Source: a bacterium (GTDB lineage Bacteria; Cyanobacteriota; Vampirovibrionia; LMEP-6097). Taken from it: a stretch of 64,000 nucleotides of DNA. This document shows, one piece after another, positions 42,726-53,896 of the stretch (its first letter is position 1; every line of letters begins with the position of its first letter). The stretch is from the NCBI GenBank assembly GCA_038146805.1, contig JAYQSH010000002.1, forward strand, positions 26,373 through 90,372. Reading direction: 5' to 3'. The notes beneath the pieces were generated by a model. It worked only from the letters and a program-made list of their open reading frames with translations. It searched no databases and was not told where the DNA came from. The position numbers were made by a program, and so were the translations under genes.

Positions 42726-43289
42726 ATGGCAGTATTAGTAATAAAAGATAAGTATGAAGAAATTAGAGCTAAGTTAAAAGAAGAACTTGGTTTGGTTAAT
42801 GATCTTCAAATACCAAAATTAGAAAAAATCGTTATTAACTTTGGTTTAGGTGAGTCGGCAACAAACGCAAAAACTTTAGAAAATGCTATTGAAGATATAG
42901 TAAATATCACTTCTCAAAAACCAGTTATCACTAGAGCTAAAAAATCAATTTCAACTTTTAAAGTTCGTGAAGGTATGGCTTTAGGTTTAAAAGTTACTTT
43001 GAGAAAAGAAAAAATGTATAACTTCTTTTCTAAGTTAGTAAATGTTGCTTTACCTCGTGTAAGAGATTTTCAAGGTCTTTCTCCAAGATCTTTTGATGGT
43101 AAGGGTAACTATACTTTTGGTGTAAAAGAACAATTGATTTTCCCTGAAATCAAATATGACAAAGTAGACGCAGTTCGTGGAATGGATATCACTATTTGTA
43201 CAAGTTCAGCAAATAATGTTGGTGCTAGAGCTCTTTTAAAAGCTTTAGGTTTTCCGTTCAAAAATTTATCTGTTAAGGAAGGAATGTAA
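42726..43289 (+). CDS. rplE: 50S ribosomal protein L5
   Basis: [35 protein letters not shown]. Confidence 0.98.
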   Translation: MAVLVIKDKYEEIRAKLKEELGLVNDLQIPKLEKIVINFGLGESATNAKTLENAIEDIVNITSQKPVITRAKKSISTFKVREGMALGLKVTLRKEKMYNFFSKLVNVALPRVRDFQGLSPRSFDGKGNYTFGVKEQLIFPEIKYDKVDAVRGMDITICTSSANNVGARALLKALGFPFKNLSVKEGM

Positions 43290-43300
43290 GGAATTTAATT

Positions 43301-43606
43301 ATGGCAAAAAAATCAGCAGTACAAAAATCTATAAACAAAAGAAAGCTAATGGATAAATATGCTAAAAAGCGTGAAGATCTTAAAAAGCAATTAGCAAATA
43401 CAGAGCTTGATTTTGAAGAAAGAATTTTGATTCAGAAGAAATTAGAGGCATTGCCTTTAAACTCTTCTCAAGTTCGTCATAAAAATAGATGTTGGTTAAC
43501 AGGTCGTCCAAAAGGCTACCACAGAGATTTAGGTCTGTGTCGTAATGCCTTAAGAACAATGGCGCATCAAGGTTTAATACCAGGAATGACAAAGGCGAGT
43601 TGGTAA
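43301..43606 (+). CDS. rpsN: 30S ribosomal protein S14 (long form)
   Basis: MAKKS, RHKNRCWLTGRP, GLCR, IPGMTKASW. Confidence 0.97.
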   Translation: MAKKSAVQKSINKRKLMDKYAKKREDLKKQLANTELDFEERILIQKKLEALPLNSSQVRHKNRCWLTGRPKGYHRDLGLCRNALRTMAHQGLIPGMTKASW

Positions 43607-43627
43607 TTTAAGTTAAGGATTTTAAAA

Positions 43628-44074
43628 ATGGAAACAGCAAACAAAGAGACAAATAGAAGAAAGTTAATTAACAAGACAACCAATGATCCTGTATCTGACT
43701 TTTTAACAAGAATAAGAAATGCTTTATTAGTAAAAAAAGAGAAAGTATCAGTTCCTTTCTCAAAATTAAAACTGAATTTGGCAGAGTTATTTAGAAATGA
43801 AGGATTTATCAATGATGTAAAAGTTGTAAATGAAAATGATGCGGCTTTAAAATCTTTGGTTTTGGATTTGAGATATGTTAATGGCAAACCTGCTATTTCA
43901 GGAATGCGCAAAATTTCAAAGCCGGGTCTTAGAAAGTATTCAAAAGCAAAATATGCACCGCGAGTTTTCAGCGGTCTTGGAATTAGTGTTTTGACAACTT
44001 CAAATGGTTTACTTACTGATAGAGCAGCAAGAACTCAGAAAGTTGGAGGTGAAATTCTTTGCCAAGTTTGGTAA
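43628..44074 (+). CDS. rpsH: 30S ribosomal protein S8
   Basis: DPVSDFLTRIRNA, ISKPGLRKY, GLGISVLTTSNG, GGEILCQVW. Confidence 0.98.
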   Translation: METANKETNRRKLINKTTNDPVSDFLTRIRNALLVKKEKVSVPFSKLKLNLAELFRNEGFINDVKVVNENDAALKSLVLDLRYVNGKPAISGMRKISKPGLRKYSKAKYAPRVFSGLGISVLTTSNGLLTDRAARTQKVGGEILCQVW

Positions 44075-44108
44075 TTGAGTTTTTAGGATTTTAAGAAGAG
44101 GAAAAAAA

Positions 44109-44663
44109 ATGTCACGTATCGGAAAAAAAGAAATATCTATCCCAGCTGGAGTCGAGATTAAAATCGAAGCTCTTGATCTTGGTCAAAAAGTTTCTGTTAA
44201 GGGACCTAAAGGTGAATTGAGCCGTGTTATTCGTCCTGAGATTGAAGTTGTGCAAGAGGGTGAAACACTTTTGGTTAAACGTCGTAATGAAGAAAGAAAA
44301 ACTAGAGCTCTTCATGGTTTATCTCGTACTTTAATCAATAATATGGTTATTGGTGTTACAACTGGTTTCAAAAAAGAACTTAGTATCGTCGGTGTTGGTT
44401 ATAGAGCACTTTTAAAAGGAACTGATTTAGATTTTCAAGTTGGTAAATCTCACCCAGTAATTGTTAAGCCACCTGAAGGTGTAAAGTTTACAGTAGAAGA
44501 GAACAATACTTTGATAGTAATCGAAGGTTTTGATAAAGAATTAGTTGGTCAAATTGCTGCTAATATAATTGCAATTAGACCACCTGAGCCTTATAAAGGT
44601 AAGGGTATCAGAATCAAAGGTCAGCATATCCGTCGTAAAGCTGGTAAGAGTGGTTCTAAATAA
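44109..44663 (+). CDS. rplF: 50S ribosomal protein L6
   Basis: MSRIGK, GVGYRA, RPPEPYKGKGI. Confidence 0.98.
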   Translation: MSRIGKKEISIPAGVEIKIEALDLGQKVSVKGPKGELSRVIRPEIEVVQEGETLLVKRRNEERKTRALHGLSRTLINNMVIGVTTGFKKELSIVGVGYRALLKGTDLDFQVGKSHPVIVKPPEGVKFTVEENNTLIVIEGFDKELVGQIAANIIAIRPPEPYKGKGIRIKGQHIRRKAGKSGSK

Positions 44664-44686
44664 ATTTTATAGTTAGGAAAGTAAAA

Positions 44687-45049
44687 ATGGTACAAGCAAC
44701 AAGAAAAGAAAAAAGATTAAAAAGACACTTTAGAGCAAGAAAGAAAATTTTTGGCTCTTCTGAAAGACCTCGTATGGTTATCACCAGAACAAACAAGCAT
44801 ATTGGTGCACAAGTTATTAACGATCAAGACGAAAAAACTTTATGCGCTATTTATTCTTATTCAAAAGATTTGAAAGGTAAAGTTCGTGGATATGATATAG
44901 CTGGAGCAGAAGAAGTTGGTAAAGCAATTGCTCTTAAGGCTATCGAGGCAGGTGTTGCTAAAGTTGTTTGTGACACTGGTGGAAACCTTTATCATGGTAG
45001 AGTAAAAGCTTTAGCTGAAGCAGCTAGAAAAGCAGGTTTGGAGTTTTAA
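44687..45049 (+). CDS. rplR: 50S ribosomal protein L18
   Basis: RPRMVITRTNKHI.AQ, YHGRVKALAEAARKAGLEF. Confidence 0.97.
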   Translation: MVQATRKEKRLKRHFRARKKIFGSSERPRMVITRTNKHIGAQVINDQDEKTLCAIYSYSKDLKGKVRGYDIAGAEEVGKAIALKAIEAGVAKVVCDTGGNLYHGRVKALAEAARKAGLEF

Positions 45050-45065
45050 TTAGGATTTTAAAAAG

Positions 45066-45863
45066 ATGAACGAAGAAAATAAAAATTTAGAAGAAACAAA
45101 AATTGCACAGGAAGCACAAGCAAATAGCGAAGCTCCTGCAGAGTCTGCTGAGCAACAAGCTCCTGCGGCAGAAGCACAAGAAGTTGCTGAAGTAAAAACA
45201 GATGCACCAGCACAAACTGAATCAAAAGTTGAAGTGCAAAGTCCAAGAGCTCCTAGTGCTGAATCTAAAGCGGCAAACGCAAAGCAAGCTGAACAAAGAG
45301 CAAAGCGTGGTCCGGGTGCAAAAGACAAAAAAGGTTCAAAAAGAAGATCAAGAGCTGATCAAGAACAACAACAAAGTGAATATATAGAAAAAGTTGTTCA
45401 AGTAAGAAGAGTTACTAAGGTTTGTAAAGGTGGTAAAAAACTTTCTTTTAGAACAACTGTAATTATTGGTAACGAAAAAGGTAAAGTTGGTGTTGGTGTT
45501 GGTAAAGCTGCTGAAGTTTTGGTAGCAATCAAGAAAGCAATTGCTGATGCTCGTAAAAAAGTTGTAGATATTTCAACTGTACCTAATACAAATACAATTT
45601 CTCATACTGTTCAGGGTATTTCTGGTGGTTCAAAAGTAATGTTAAAGCCAGCTGCTGATGGTACTGGAATTATTGCTGGTGGTACAGCGCGTATCGTGCT
45701 TGAGCTTGCAGGTGTTGGTGATATTCTTTCTAAATCACAAGGATCAAAATCACCACTTAATGTAGCGCGTGCAACTGTGAATGCTTTGGGTCAATTAAGA
45801 TCTTTTCAAGAAGTTGCTCAGTTAAGAGGTATTTCAGTGAAAAAGATGCTTTTTGCGTCATAG
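45066..45863 (+). CDS. rpsE: 30S ribosomal protein S5 with long N-terminal extension
   Basis: VRRVTKVCKGG, GKVGVGVGKAAEV, PAADGTGIIAGG. Confidence 0.97.
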   Translation: MNEENKNLEETKIAQEAQANSEAPAESAEQQAPAAEAQEVAEVKTDAPAQTESKVEVQSPRAPSAESKAANAKQAEQRAKRGPGAKDKKGSKRRSRADQEQQQSEYIEKVVQVRRVTKVCKGGKKLSFRTTVIIGNEKGKVGVGVGKAAEVLVAIKKAIADARKKVVDISTVPNTNTISHTVQGISGGSKVMLKPAADGTGIIAGGTARIVLELAGVGDILSKSQGSKSPLNVARATVNALGQLRSFQEVAQLRGISVKKMLFAS

Positions 45864-45897
45864 ATTAAGTTAAAAAAGGTTTATAAGGAAAAGAAAA

Positions 45898-46104
45898 ATG
45901 GCAACAGAAACAAGTAGTAAAACAAAAGAATTAAAGATCACCTTAGTTAGAGGTAGAGCTAAAGCTTCTAAAAAACAATCTTTGATTTTAGATGCACTTG
46001 GTATCAAAAAAACAGCAAGCGTTGTTTTTCATGACAACAGCCCAACTATTAAGGGGATGCTAGCTAAGGTTGCACATTTAGTAAAAATAGAGGACAACAA
46101 ATAA
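45898..46104 (+). CDS. rpmD: 50S ribosomal protein L30
   Basis: LKITLVRG, LDALGIKK, IKGMLAKVAHLVKIE; position between rpsE and rplO. Confidence 0.92.
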   Translation: MATETSSKTKELKITLVRGRAKASKKQSLILDALGIKKTASVVFHDNSPTIKGMLAKVAHLVKIEDNK

Positions 46105-46123
46105 ACTAAAAAAGTAGGAAATT

Positions 46124-46621
46124 ATGGCGGAAACTTTGAGACAATTAAAACCTGCAAAAGGTTCAATAAAAAAGAGATTTAAAAAAGGTCGTGGAATTCC
46201 TTCGGGTTCTGGTAAGACTTGTGGTCGCGGACATAGAGGTCAAAAATGTAGAAGTGGTTATAGTGCAACTCCTTGGAAAGAGGGTGGTCAAACTCCTTTT
46301 TATAGAAGAATACCTAAACACCAAACAAACACTAGAGTTAATAGAAAAATCTTTACTGTGATTAACCTTGATGATATTCAAGATTTTGCTGATTTAAATG
46401 TTACTGAAGTAAGTGTTGAAACTTTGTTTGAATACGGCAGAATTAAATCTTTGGAAGATTGGGGAGTTAAAGTATTAGGTACTGGTGAGATCAAATCAGC
46501 AGTTACTGTTAAAGCTGATAGATTTTCTGCTTCTGCAAAACAAGCTATTGAAAGTGCTGGTGGTAAAGCTCTTGAAGTAAATACTTCTGAGATCGTTGCG
46601 AGTGCTGTTATTGAAGAGTAA
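46124..46621 (+). CDS. rplO: 50S ribosomal protein L15
   Basis: GRGIPSGSGKTCGRGHRGQK, EGGQTPFYRRIPK, VKVLGTGE. Confidence 0.97.
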   Translation: MAETLRQLKPAKGSIKKRFKKGRGIPSGSGKTCGRGHRGQKCRSGYSATPWKEGGQTPFYRRIPKHQTNTRVNRKIFTVINLDDIQDFADLNVTEVSVETLFEYGRIKSLEDWGVKVLGTGEIKSAVTVKADRFSASAKQAIESAGGKALEVNTSEIVASAVIEE

Positions 46622-46733
46622 GTACAGGTTCTGCTAATAATTTGGTTTACTTAGGTAAATAATTTATCATTTAATTTCAATTAAGTTTAAGCCATTTTCT
46701 ATTATTGGCGCTAGAATATTATTTAGGTTTATT

Positions 46734-48119
46734 ATGGCAAAAGAAAAAATCAACAATCATAGTCTTAGTATCAAAGATATTTTTAATTCTTCAGGATTAC
46801 CTGAAAAATTAGGTTTTACGGTTTTGATGCTCGCAATCTATAGATTAGGTGTGCATATTCCACTTTATGGTGTCGATCAAGAGGCTCTTAGATCTAACCC
46901 TACTTTATCTTCTGGTTTGCTTGCTTTGGTTGATATGTTTGCTGGTGGTGCTTTAAGTGCGCTTTCGATTTTTGCACTTGGAATTGGTCCTTATATTACC
47001 TCAAGTATTATTATGCAACTTCTTGTTGAGGTGATTCCGCCTTTGAAAGATTTACAAAGAAACCATGGAGAAGATGGTAGAAAACAATTTCAGAAAATCA
47101 CTCGCTATACGACTTTAGCACTTGCAATGATTCAGAGTTTTGCTTTAGCACGTTTTTTAGATGTTGCACAAATTGCAACAAATCCCGGTTTTAGTTTTTA
47201 TTTGACAACTATAATGGTTTTAACTGTCTCTGCTTTGTTAGTCATGTGGATTGGTGAAATCATTACAGAGAAAGGAATTGGTAATGGTGCATCTCTTTTG
47301 ATTTTTATCGGAATTGCTTCAAAATTACCAGTAATGATTTCTGATACAGCAACTGCTGTCAGAGTTGGATCTTCACCGCAGTGGGGTGTTTTAACTTTGA
47401 TTGGAATTTTTCTTTTGCTCACTGTTGTCATTATTATGATTCAAGAAGGGTCAAGAAATTTATTGATTTTAGGTTCGCGCCGTGTTGGACAACAACAAAA
47501 AGGTCATTATCTACCTTTGAAAATCAATCCAGCAGGAGTTTTGCCGATTATTTTTGCTTCAGCTGTTTTGTTTATGCCTATGCAATTATTAACTTTTGCA
47601 GGTATTCAAAATAAATCTGTGTCAATTTTATTGCGTGATCTTTTTGCTAAAATCCCTGGAGTAACTGCAATGAGCGGTACGAGCTTAGGTGATGCAGGTT
47701 CATGGATTGCACAACGTATAGAATTTATTTTTGCTTATAACAGAGTAGAACATTCTATTTTTTACTTTATATTGATTGTTGCTTTTACTTTTTTCTATGC
47801 AACAATTGTTACAAACCCAAGAGAGCTTGCCGACAATCTAAAAAAGAACGGCTCAGCTATTGAAGGTGTTAAACCGGGTAAAGCTACAACTGATTTTCTT
47901 GAAAAAATTCTTTCTAGAATTGTTTTTATTGGTGCAATAGCAATTGGTTTAATAGCTGTTTTGCCTATTCATGCAGAACAATGGTGCCAAGTAAACACTT
48001 TAGGTGGCTTAGGTTCAACCTCTCTAATTATTTTAGTGGGTGTTGCAATTGATACGAGAAACCAATTACTTGCCTATGTTCATTCACATCGTTATCAAGC
48101 TAAATCACTTTTAAACTAA
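46734..48119 (+). CDS. secY: Preprotein translocase subunit SecY
   Basis: SIFALGIGPYITSSIIMQLL, GIGNGASLLIF, LPLKINPAGVLPIIFA, GSTSLIILVGV. Confidence 0.98.
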   Translation: MAKEKINNHSLSIKDIFNSSGLPEKLGFTVLMLAIYRLGVHIPLYGVDQEALRSNPTLSSGLLALVDMFAGGALSALSIFALGIGPYITSSIIMQLLVEVIPPLKDLQRNHGEDGRKQFQKITRYTTLALAMIQSFALARFLDVAQIATNPGFSFYLTTIMVLTVSALLVMWIGEIITEKGIGNGASLLIFIGIASKLPVMISDTATAVRVGSSPQWGVLTLIGIFLLLTVVIIMIQEGSRNLLILGSRRVGQQQKGHYLPLKINPAGVLPIIFASAVLFMPMQLLTFAGIQNKSVSILLRDLFAKIPGVTAMSGTSLGDAGSWIAQRIEFIFAYNRVEHSIFYFILIVAFTFFYATIVTNPRELADNLKKNGSAIEGVKPGKATTDFLEKILSRIVFIGAIAIGLIAVLPIHAEQWCQVNTLGGLGSTSLIILVGVAIDTRNQLLAYVHSHRYQAKSLLN

Positions 48120-48136
48120 ACTCTAAAATAAAAAAC

Positions 48137-48679
48137 TTAAGAACTAAGTTGCCAGCTTCTGGTCATTTCAGAAGTATTGAGTCCTTGGCTTTCTACATAA
48201 TCAGTTTGTTTTTCTAGGCTTCGAATTATATTCGCTGCATACTCTTGTAATTTTTTGTTGTCTTTGGGTAAAAGACTGTTTTTTAATTCCAAGAAACTAT
48301 GTTTGCTGTTATTTAAAAACTTATTTAACTTAGAATTGTATTGAGAAAAACTAAAGCCTAATTTTTGCAGTATGTTTTGTAAGATCTGTTTAGGCAAGAA
48401 AGACAATAGCGCATCTAAAAACTCATCTCTTTTTAGATTTGTGCGACCTGCGGGTGGTATTTCCTGGTTATCATTTTCATTAGCGTTATTAAAACCCGAC
48501 CATGCTGAAGCTATTTGTTGGGCAAAGCTTGCTCCAGATATTTGAGCAAGGCTAAAATCTCTATTGCCTAAAGTACTAAAGTTACTGCTTAATTGCCCTT
48601 CTTGTGGTGATTGAGCTCGTCGCTGTTGTGCTCTTTTAAAACTTTTTTTTGTGCGTCTTGATATAGGTCTTGCCTGCAA
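48137..48679 (-). CDS. Hypothetical protein
   Basis: 180-aa ORF convergent with secY; start uncertain. Confidence 0.55.
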   Translation of the reverse strand: MQARPISRRTKKSFKRAQQRRAQSPQEGQLSSNFSTLGNRDFSLAQISGASFAQQIASAWSGFNNANENDNQEIPPAGRTNLKRDEFLDALLSFLPKQILQNILQKLGFSFSQYNSKLNKFLNNSKHSFLELKNSLLPKDNKKLQEYAANIIRSLEKQTDYVESQGLNTSEMTRSWQLSS

Positions 48680-48804
48680 AATTTTCTAAGTATGTATTTT
48701 CTTCCACCGTGCTCATATTATATTAATTCTATTATGAAAGTATAATTATGATTGTTAAATTTTACTTAGAGCCTTATTCTAAGATCTTTTGTTATAATTG
48801 ATCT

Positions 48805-49504
48805 ATGAATTACGATCCAACAAACCCGAGTATAACTTTGAACCCAATATCTTCAAAGGCTAAAGAAAAGAGTTTTATAAATAAGGTTTTTAATTTAATG
48901 TTTTGGGGCTTAGCAGCGTCTGCCCTATCGGCTTTTTTCTTTGCTACTAATGAAACTTTAATGAGGGTTCTGCTCAGTAGTCAGTTGTTGTTTTTCGGCT
49001 TAGCTATTGGACTTGTTATTATGGTTATTACTCTTTCTGCCAATATAACTAAAATGTCGCCGCAAACGGCTTTTATTTCTTTTATGATATATGCACTGTT
49101 AAATGGTGTATTACTCAGCACTATATTTTTGGTATATACCTCGGCATCAATTTTTAGCACTTTTGTTGTCGCCGCGGCAACTTTTGCGGCTATGGCAATT
49201 TATGGATACACTACAAAAAAAGACTTAACTTCGATTGGATCTTTTGCTTTTATGGCTTTAATTGGTTTAATAATTGCTCAAGTTGTCAATATGTTTATGC
49301 ATTCAACTGGTCTTGCGGCACTAATTAACTATGCAGGAGTTTTGATTTTTGTTGCAATAACAGCCTAAGATGTCCAAAAAATCAAACAAATAGGGAATCC
49401 AACTCTTTTCATCCAAATTATGCTGTTATGGGGCTTTAAGACTTTACCTTGATTTTATTAACCTTTTTATACATCTTTTGAGAATTATGGGTAAGAGACG
49501 TTAA
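48805..49504 (+). pseudogene. Bax inhibitor-1/YccA family membrane protein, 3' end disrupted
   Basis: Typical TM pattern and YGYTTKKDL. The family motif TAYD.QKIK reads TA-stop-DVQKIK, and the C-terminal ALRLYLDFINLF is present out of frame. Confidence 0.8.
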
Positions 49505-49576
49505 GTTTTTTTAATCTTAGCTGGCTTTGTAAATAAAAATATTACCGATAAATACATATAGGCTTTTAAGCTTTTT

Positions 49577-52500
49577 ATGTATAAAAATCATTAGAAAAAA
49601 AGATTTTTACTTTTTGTGTTTTTATTGGCACAAATTTTTTTCTGTTGTCTATGCGTTACCTGCAAAATTTTTGAGAAACTTTAAAGAGTTAGACAATAAT
49701 GAAAATTCTTATTTGCAATTTTTTGTAAATGAAAAAGATTTACAGCATGATTTGAGTGAAGGTGTTTTTGATGTCCGAGTTTTCTTTGATGCTCGCCCTC
49801 TATTAAAAGAAACAGTTTTTCCACAAAATATTAAATTGGAAATTTATCAAGAAATTGCTGGTCAAGAAAGTCTTTTAAGTATAGTAAACAAAACAGTCAA
49901 AAGTAGAAAGTCTGCCGCAAATGTCTATCATCATTTGTATCTCGAAAGAGTAGAAGCAAGTACTAATTTAGTCTTTAAAATTTATAATTCGCAAAATATT
50001 TTAGATAGTGTGTTTCAGCAAACAGTTACAGTCTTAAATAATGATATTTCTGATTTTGCTAGTCTAGAAGATTTTGTTTGTGAAGATAGTGATGGAGAGT
50101 GTTTGCTTGAATATGTTTTACGAAATGTTACTTTTAGTGCGAATTATGATTATAATCTAAGAACTCATGTTTATAAAAATGATAAGGGAAAATATTTTGT
50201 TAATATCCCAATTAAAAAAGCTCGAAAATTAAACAATAAAGTAAACACAATAAAGGTGTCAAATACAAGTTCAAAAGACAGTTCCTTTTTTGACCAAGTT
50301 TTAAATGCTGTAGTTTTAAATTTCCCTAGCTCAACTGATTTTTTTAAATTTAATAATGATGGAAGATTACAAATCAACACCAATACAAATAATGGAGTTT
50401 TAAATATTGCAGCTGGAACGACTAGTCGTGCTTCTATTGTTTTTGATCAAGGTGATTTATTAGAGGAACCTGTTGATGGCGCTCTTGAGTTTGATGGTGA
50501 AAATTTGTATTTTACTTCTCAAGGTGTGCGTAGTGTACTTGGAGAGGGAGGTTCATTAACTGGTTTAGTTGAAGGTCCTCAAGGACCTCCCGGACCTCAA
50601 GGACCTTCAGGTCCGCAGGGAGCAACAGGAGCTCAAGGACCTGCCGGACCACAGGGACCTGCGGCATCTGGAATTGACTTGTCTAATGGCGGAGTGCTTG
50701 ATGGTGTAATTAGTTTTGTTACAGGCTCTTTTCTTCAAGATGCAAGTTTTAACGGTGTCACTATGCTCAAAAACACTTCAAGCTTAAAAATAAATGGTAG
50801 TTTACAGTTTGTTGATGGCAATGAAAATGACGGTTATGTTTTAACTTCTGATGCAGATGGTAATGCGCGTTGGCAAGTTTCAGCTTCTGGTGCCGATAAT
50901 ATGGGAGATCATTTAGCAAGAAATAATATTGATATGGATAGTTATAGTATTTTAGATGCCCAAAATGTAAACGGCGTGACAGCAAACTTTAGTAATTTAA
51001 ATTTAATGGGAACAGCATTATTTAATGCATCATCATTATTACAAATAAACGGTAGTATCAAAATTCCAAGTTCTGCCGCTTTAGATTATGTTTTAACCTC
51101 AGATGCAGATGGCAATGCGACTTGGCAAGATTTACAAACTCTGCCAAGTAACGGAGATAATCTAGGAGATCATATTGCTAGAGAAAATTTAGAAATGAGT
51201 AATTTTAATATCGTCAATGCCCAAAATGTAAACGGGGTGACAGCAAACTTTAGTAATTTAAATTTAATGGGAACAGCATTATTTAATGCATCATCATTAT
51301 TACAAATAAACGGCAGTATCAAAATTCCAAGTTCTGCCGCTCTAGATTATGTTTTAACCTCAGATGCAGATGGCAATGCGACTTGGCAAGATTTACAAAC
51401 TCTGCCAAGTAACGGAGATAATCTAGGAGATCATTTAGCAAGAAATAATATTGATATGGATAGTTATAGTATTTTAGATGCCCAAAATGTAAACGGGGTG
51501 ACAGCAAACTTTAGTAATTTAAATTTAATGGGAACAGCATTATTTAATGCATCATCATTATTACAAATAAATGGCAGTATCAAAATTCCAAGTTCTGCCG
51601 CTTTAGATTATGTTTTAACCTCGGATGCAGATGGCAATGCGACTTGGCAAGATTTACAAACTCTGCCAAGTAACGGAGATAATCTAGGAGATCATATTTG
51701 CTAGAGAAAATTTAGAAATGAGTAATTTTAATATCGTTAGATGCCCAAAATGTAAACGGGGTGACAGCAAACTTTAGTAATTTAAATTTAATGGGAACAG
51801 CATTATTTAATGCATCATCATTATTACAAATAAACGGCAGTATCAAAATTACAAGTTCTGCCGCTTTAGATTATGTTTTAACCTCGGATGCAGATGGCAA
51901 TGCGACTTGGCAAGATTTACAAACTCTGCCAAGTAACGGAGATAATCTAGGAGATCATTTAGCAAGAAATAATATTGATATGGATAGTTATAGTATTTTA
52001 GATGCCCAAAATGTAAACGGGGTGACAGCAAACTTTAGTAATTTAAATTTAATGGGAACAGCATTATTTAATGCATCATCATTATTACAAATAAACGGCA
52101 GTATCAAAATTCCAAGTTCTGCCGCTTTAGATTATGTTTTAACCTCAGATGCAGATGGCAATGCGACTTGGCAAGATTTACAAACTCTGCCAAGTAACGG
52201 AGATAATCTAGGAGATCATTTAGCAAGAAATAATATTGATATGGATACTTATAGTATTTTAGATGCTAAAAATGTAAACGGCGTGACAGCAAACTTTAGT
52301 AATTTAAATTTAATGGGAACAGCATTATTTAATGCATCATCATTATTACAAATAAACGGCAGTATCAAAATTCCAAGTTCTGCCGCTTTAGATTATGTTT
52401 TAACCTCAGATGCAGATGGCAATGCGACTTGGCAAGATTTACAAACTCTGCCAAGTAACGGAGATAATCTAGGAGATCATTTAGCAAGATATAATATTGA

Positions 52501-53773
52501 TATGGATAGTTATAGTATTTTAGATGCCCAAAATGTAAACGGGGTGACAGCAAACTTTAGTAATTTAAATTTAATGGGAACAGCAGTATTTAATGCATCA
52601 TCATTATTACAAATAAACGGTAGTATCAAAATTCCAAGTTCTGCCGCTTTAGATTATGTTTTAACCTCAGATGCAGATGGCAATGCGACTTGGCAAGATT
52701 TACAAACTCTGCCAAGTAACGGAGATAATCTAGGAGATCATTTAGCAAGAAATAATATTGATATGGTAAGTTTTAATATCGTCAATGCCCAAAATGTAAA
52801 CGGGGTGACAGCAAACTTTAGTAATTTAAATTTAATGGGAACAGCATTATTTAATGCATCATCATTATTACAAATAAACGGTAGTATCAAAATTCCAAGT
52901 TCTGCCGCTTTAGATTATGTTTTAACCTCAGATGCAGATGGCAATGCGACTTGGCAAGATTTACAAACTCTGCCAAGTAACGGAGATAATCTAGGAGATC
53001 ATATTGCTAGAGAAAATTTAGAAATGAGTAACTTTAATATCGTCAATGCCCAAAATGTAAACGGGGTGACAGCAAACTTTGATAATTTGAATTCACTATC
53101 TTCTAATACAGTAGAGGTACTTGCTCAAAATTTAAATGGAACAACATTGAATTTTGCAAATAGCGTGATTACCAATTCGTTTAAATATATAGATGGAAAT
53201 CAGCAAGATGGCTATATTCTAACTTCTGATGCTGATGGTAATGCAAGTTGGAAAATACCTCCTCCTGATGATAATTTAGGAGATCATTTAGCAAGAAATA
53301 ATATTGATATGGATGGCTTTGATATTGTAGATGCAGGAGATGTCGCCGGCGATACAGCTAACTTTGGTACATCTTTGACTACACAAAAGATTGAGGGCGT
53401 TATAACTGTTGATACAGATGGAAGTACAATTATCACTTTGACTGATGCTAGTGTTAATGCTTTAAAAGTCATCTCTGCAAGTTCTCAAAGTGCTGATATT
53501 ATTCGTGTTGAAGATTCTAATACAAATGAACTTTTTAGTATTAGTGCCACTGGTCAAATAAATGCAATAGGACAAATTAATGCTAATGCAGGGATAAGAT
53601 TTTTTAATATGGGAACCAGCCCTACTCCTACTTGTGATGCTAGTATTCGAGGATCTACTTTTTACGAACAAAAAAATGGAAATAATAGTGATAAGTTATA
53701 CATTTGTATGAAAACTGGGCAAACTGCTAGTAATGATGAGTTCGCTTGGAAAGAGATAACACTCATATTGTAG
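49577..53773 (+). CDS. Large fibre-like surface protein: N-terminal domain, collagen-like segment, 87-aa tandem repeats, Cys-containing C-terminal cap (frameshifted near 51697-51740)
   Basis: ORFs 49614-51704 and 51761-53773 carry the same repeat. (GXY)10 lies at 50574-50663. A signal-peptide-like RFLLFVFLLAQIF.SVVYA reading exists near 49577 if homopolymer shifts are corrected. Confidence 0.75.
50895..52984 (+). repeat. Eight near-identical 261-bp intragenic repeats plus diverged flanking units
   Basis: DN(L/M)GDH units start at 50895, 51156, 51417, 51678, 51941, 52202, 52463 and 52724; diverged units at 52985 and 53270. Confidence 0.93.
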
Positions 53774-53896
53774 CTTTACCTATTTTGAAAATAAACTAGT
53801 TACTTTGACATAACAAAGATGGTATAATAAATAAAGTTATATAGCTTTAAAAGCAGGCTTTTTATGCCTGTTTTTTTGTTATTAAAGGGCCAAACA

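Noticed and set aside
49577-53773. Prophage
   Set aside because: No integrase, terminase, capsid or other tail genes flank the fibre-like gene.
53805-53828. Consensus TTGACA/TATAAT promoter for nusA
   Set aside because: The spacer is only 12 nt. The TGnTATAAT extended -10 may still work, but the pair is not a valid -35/-10 promoter.
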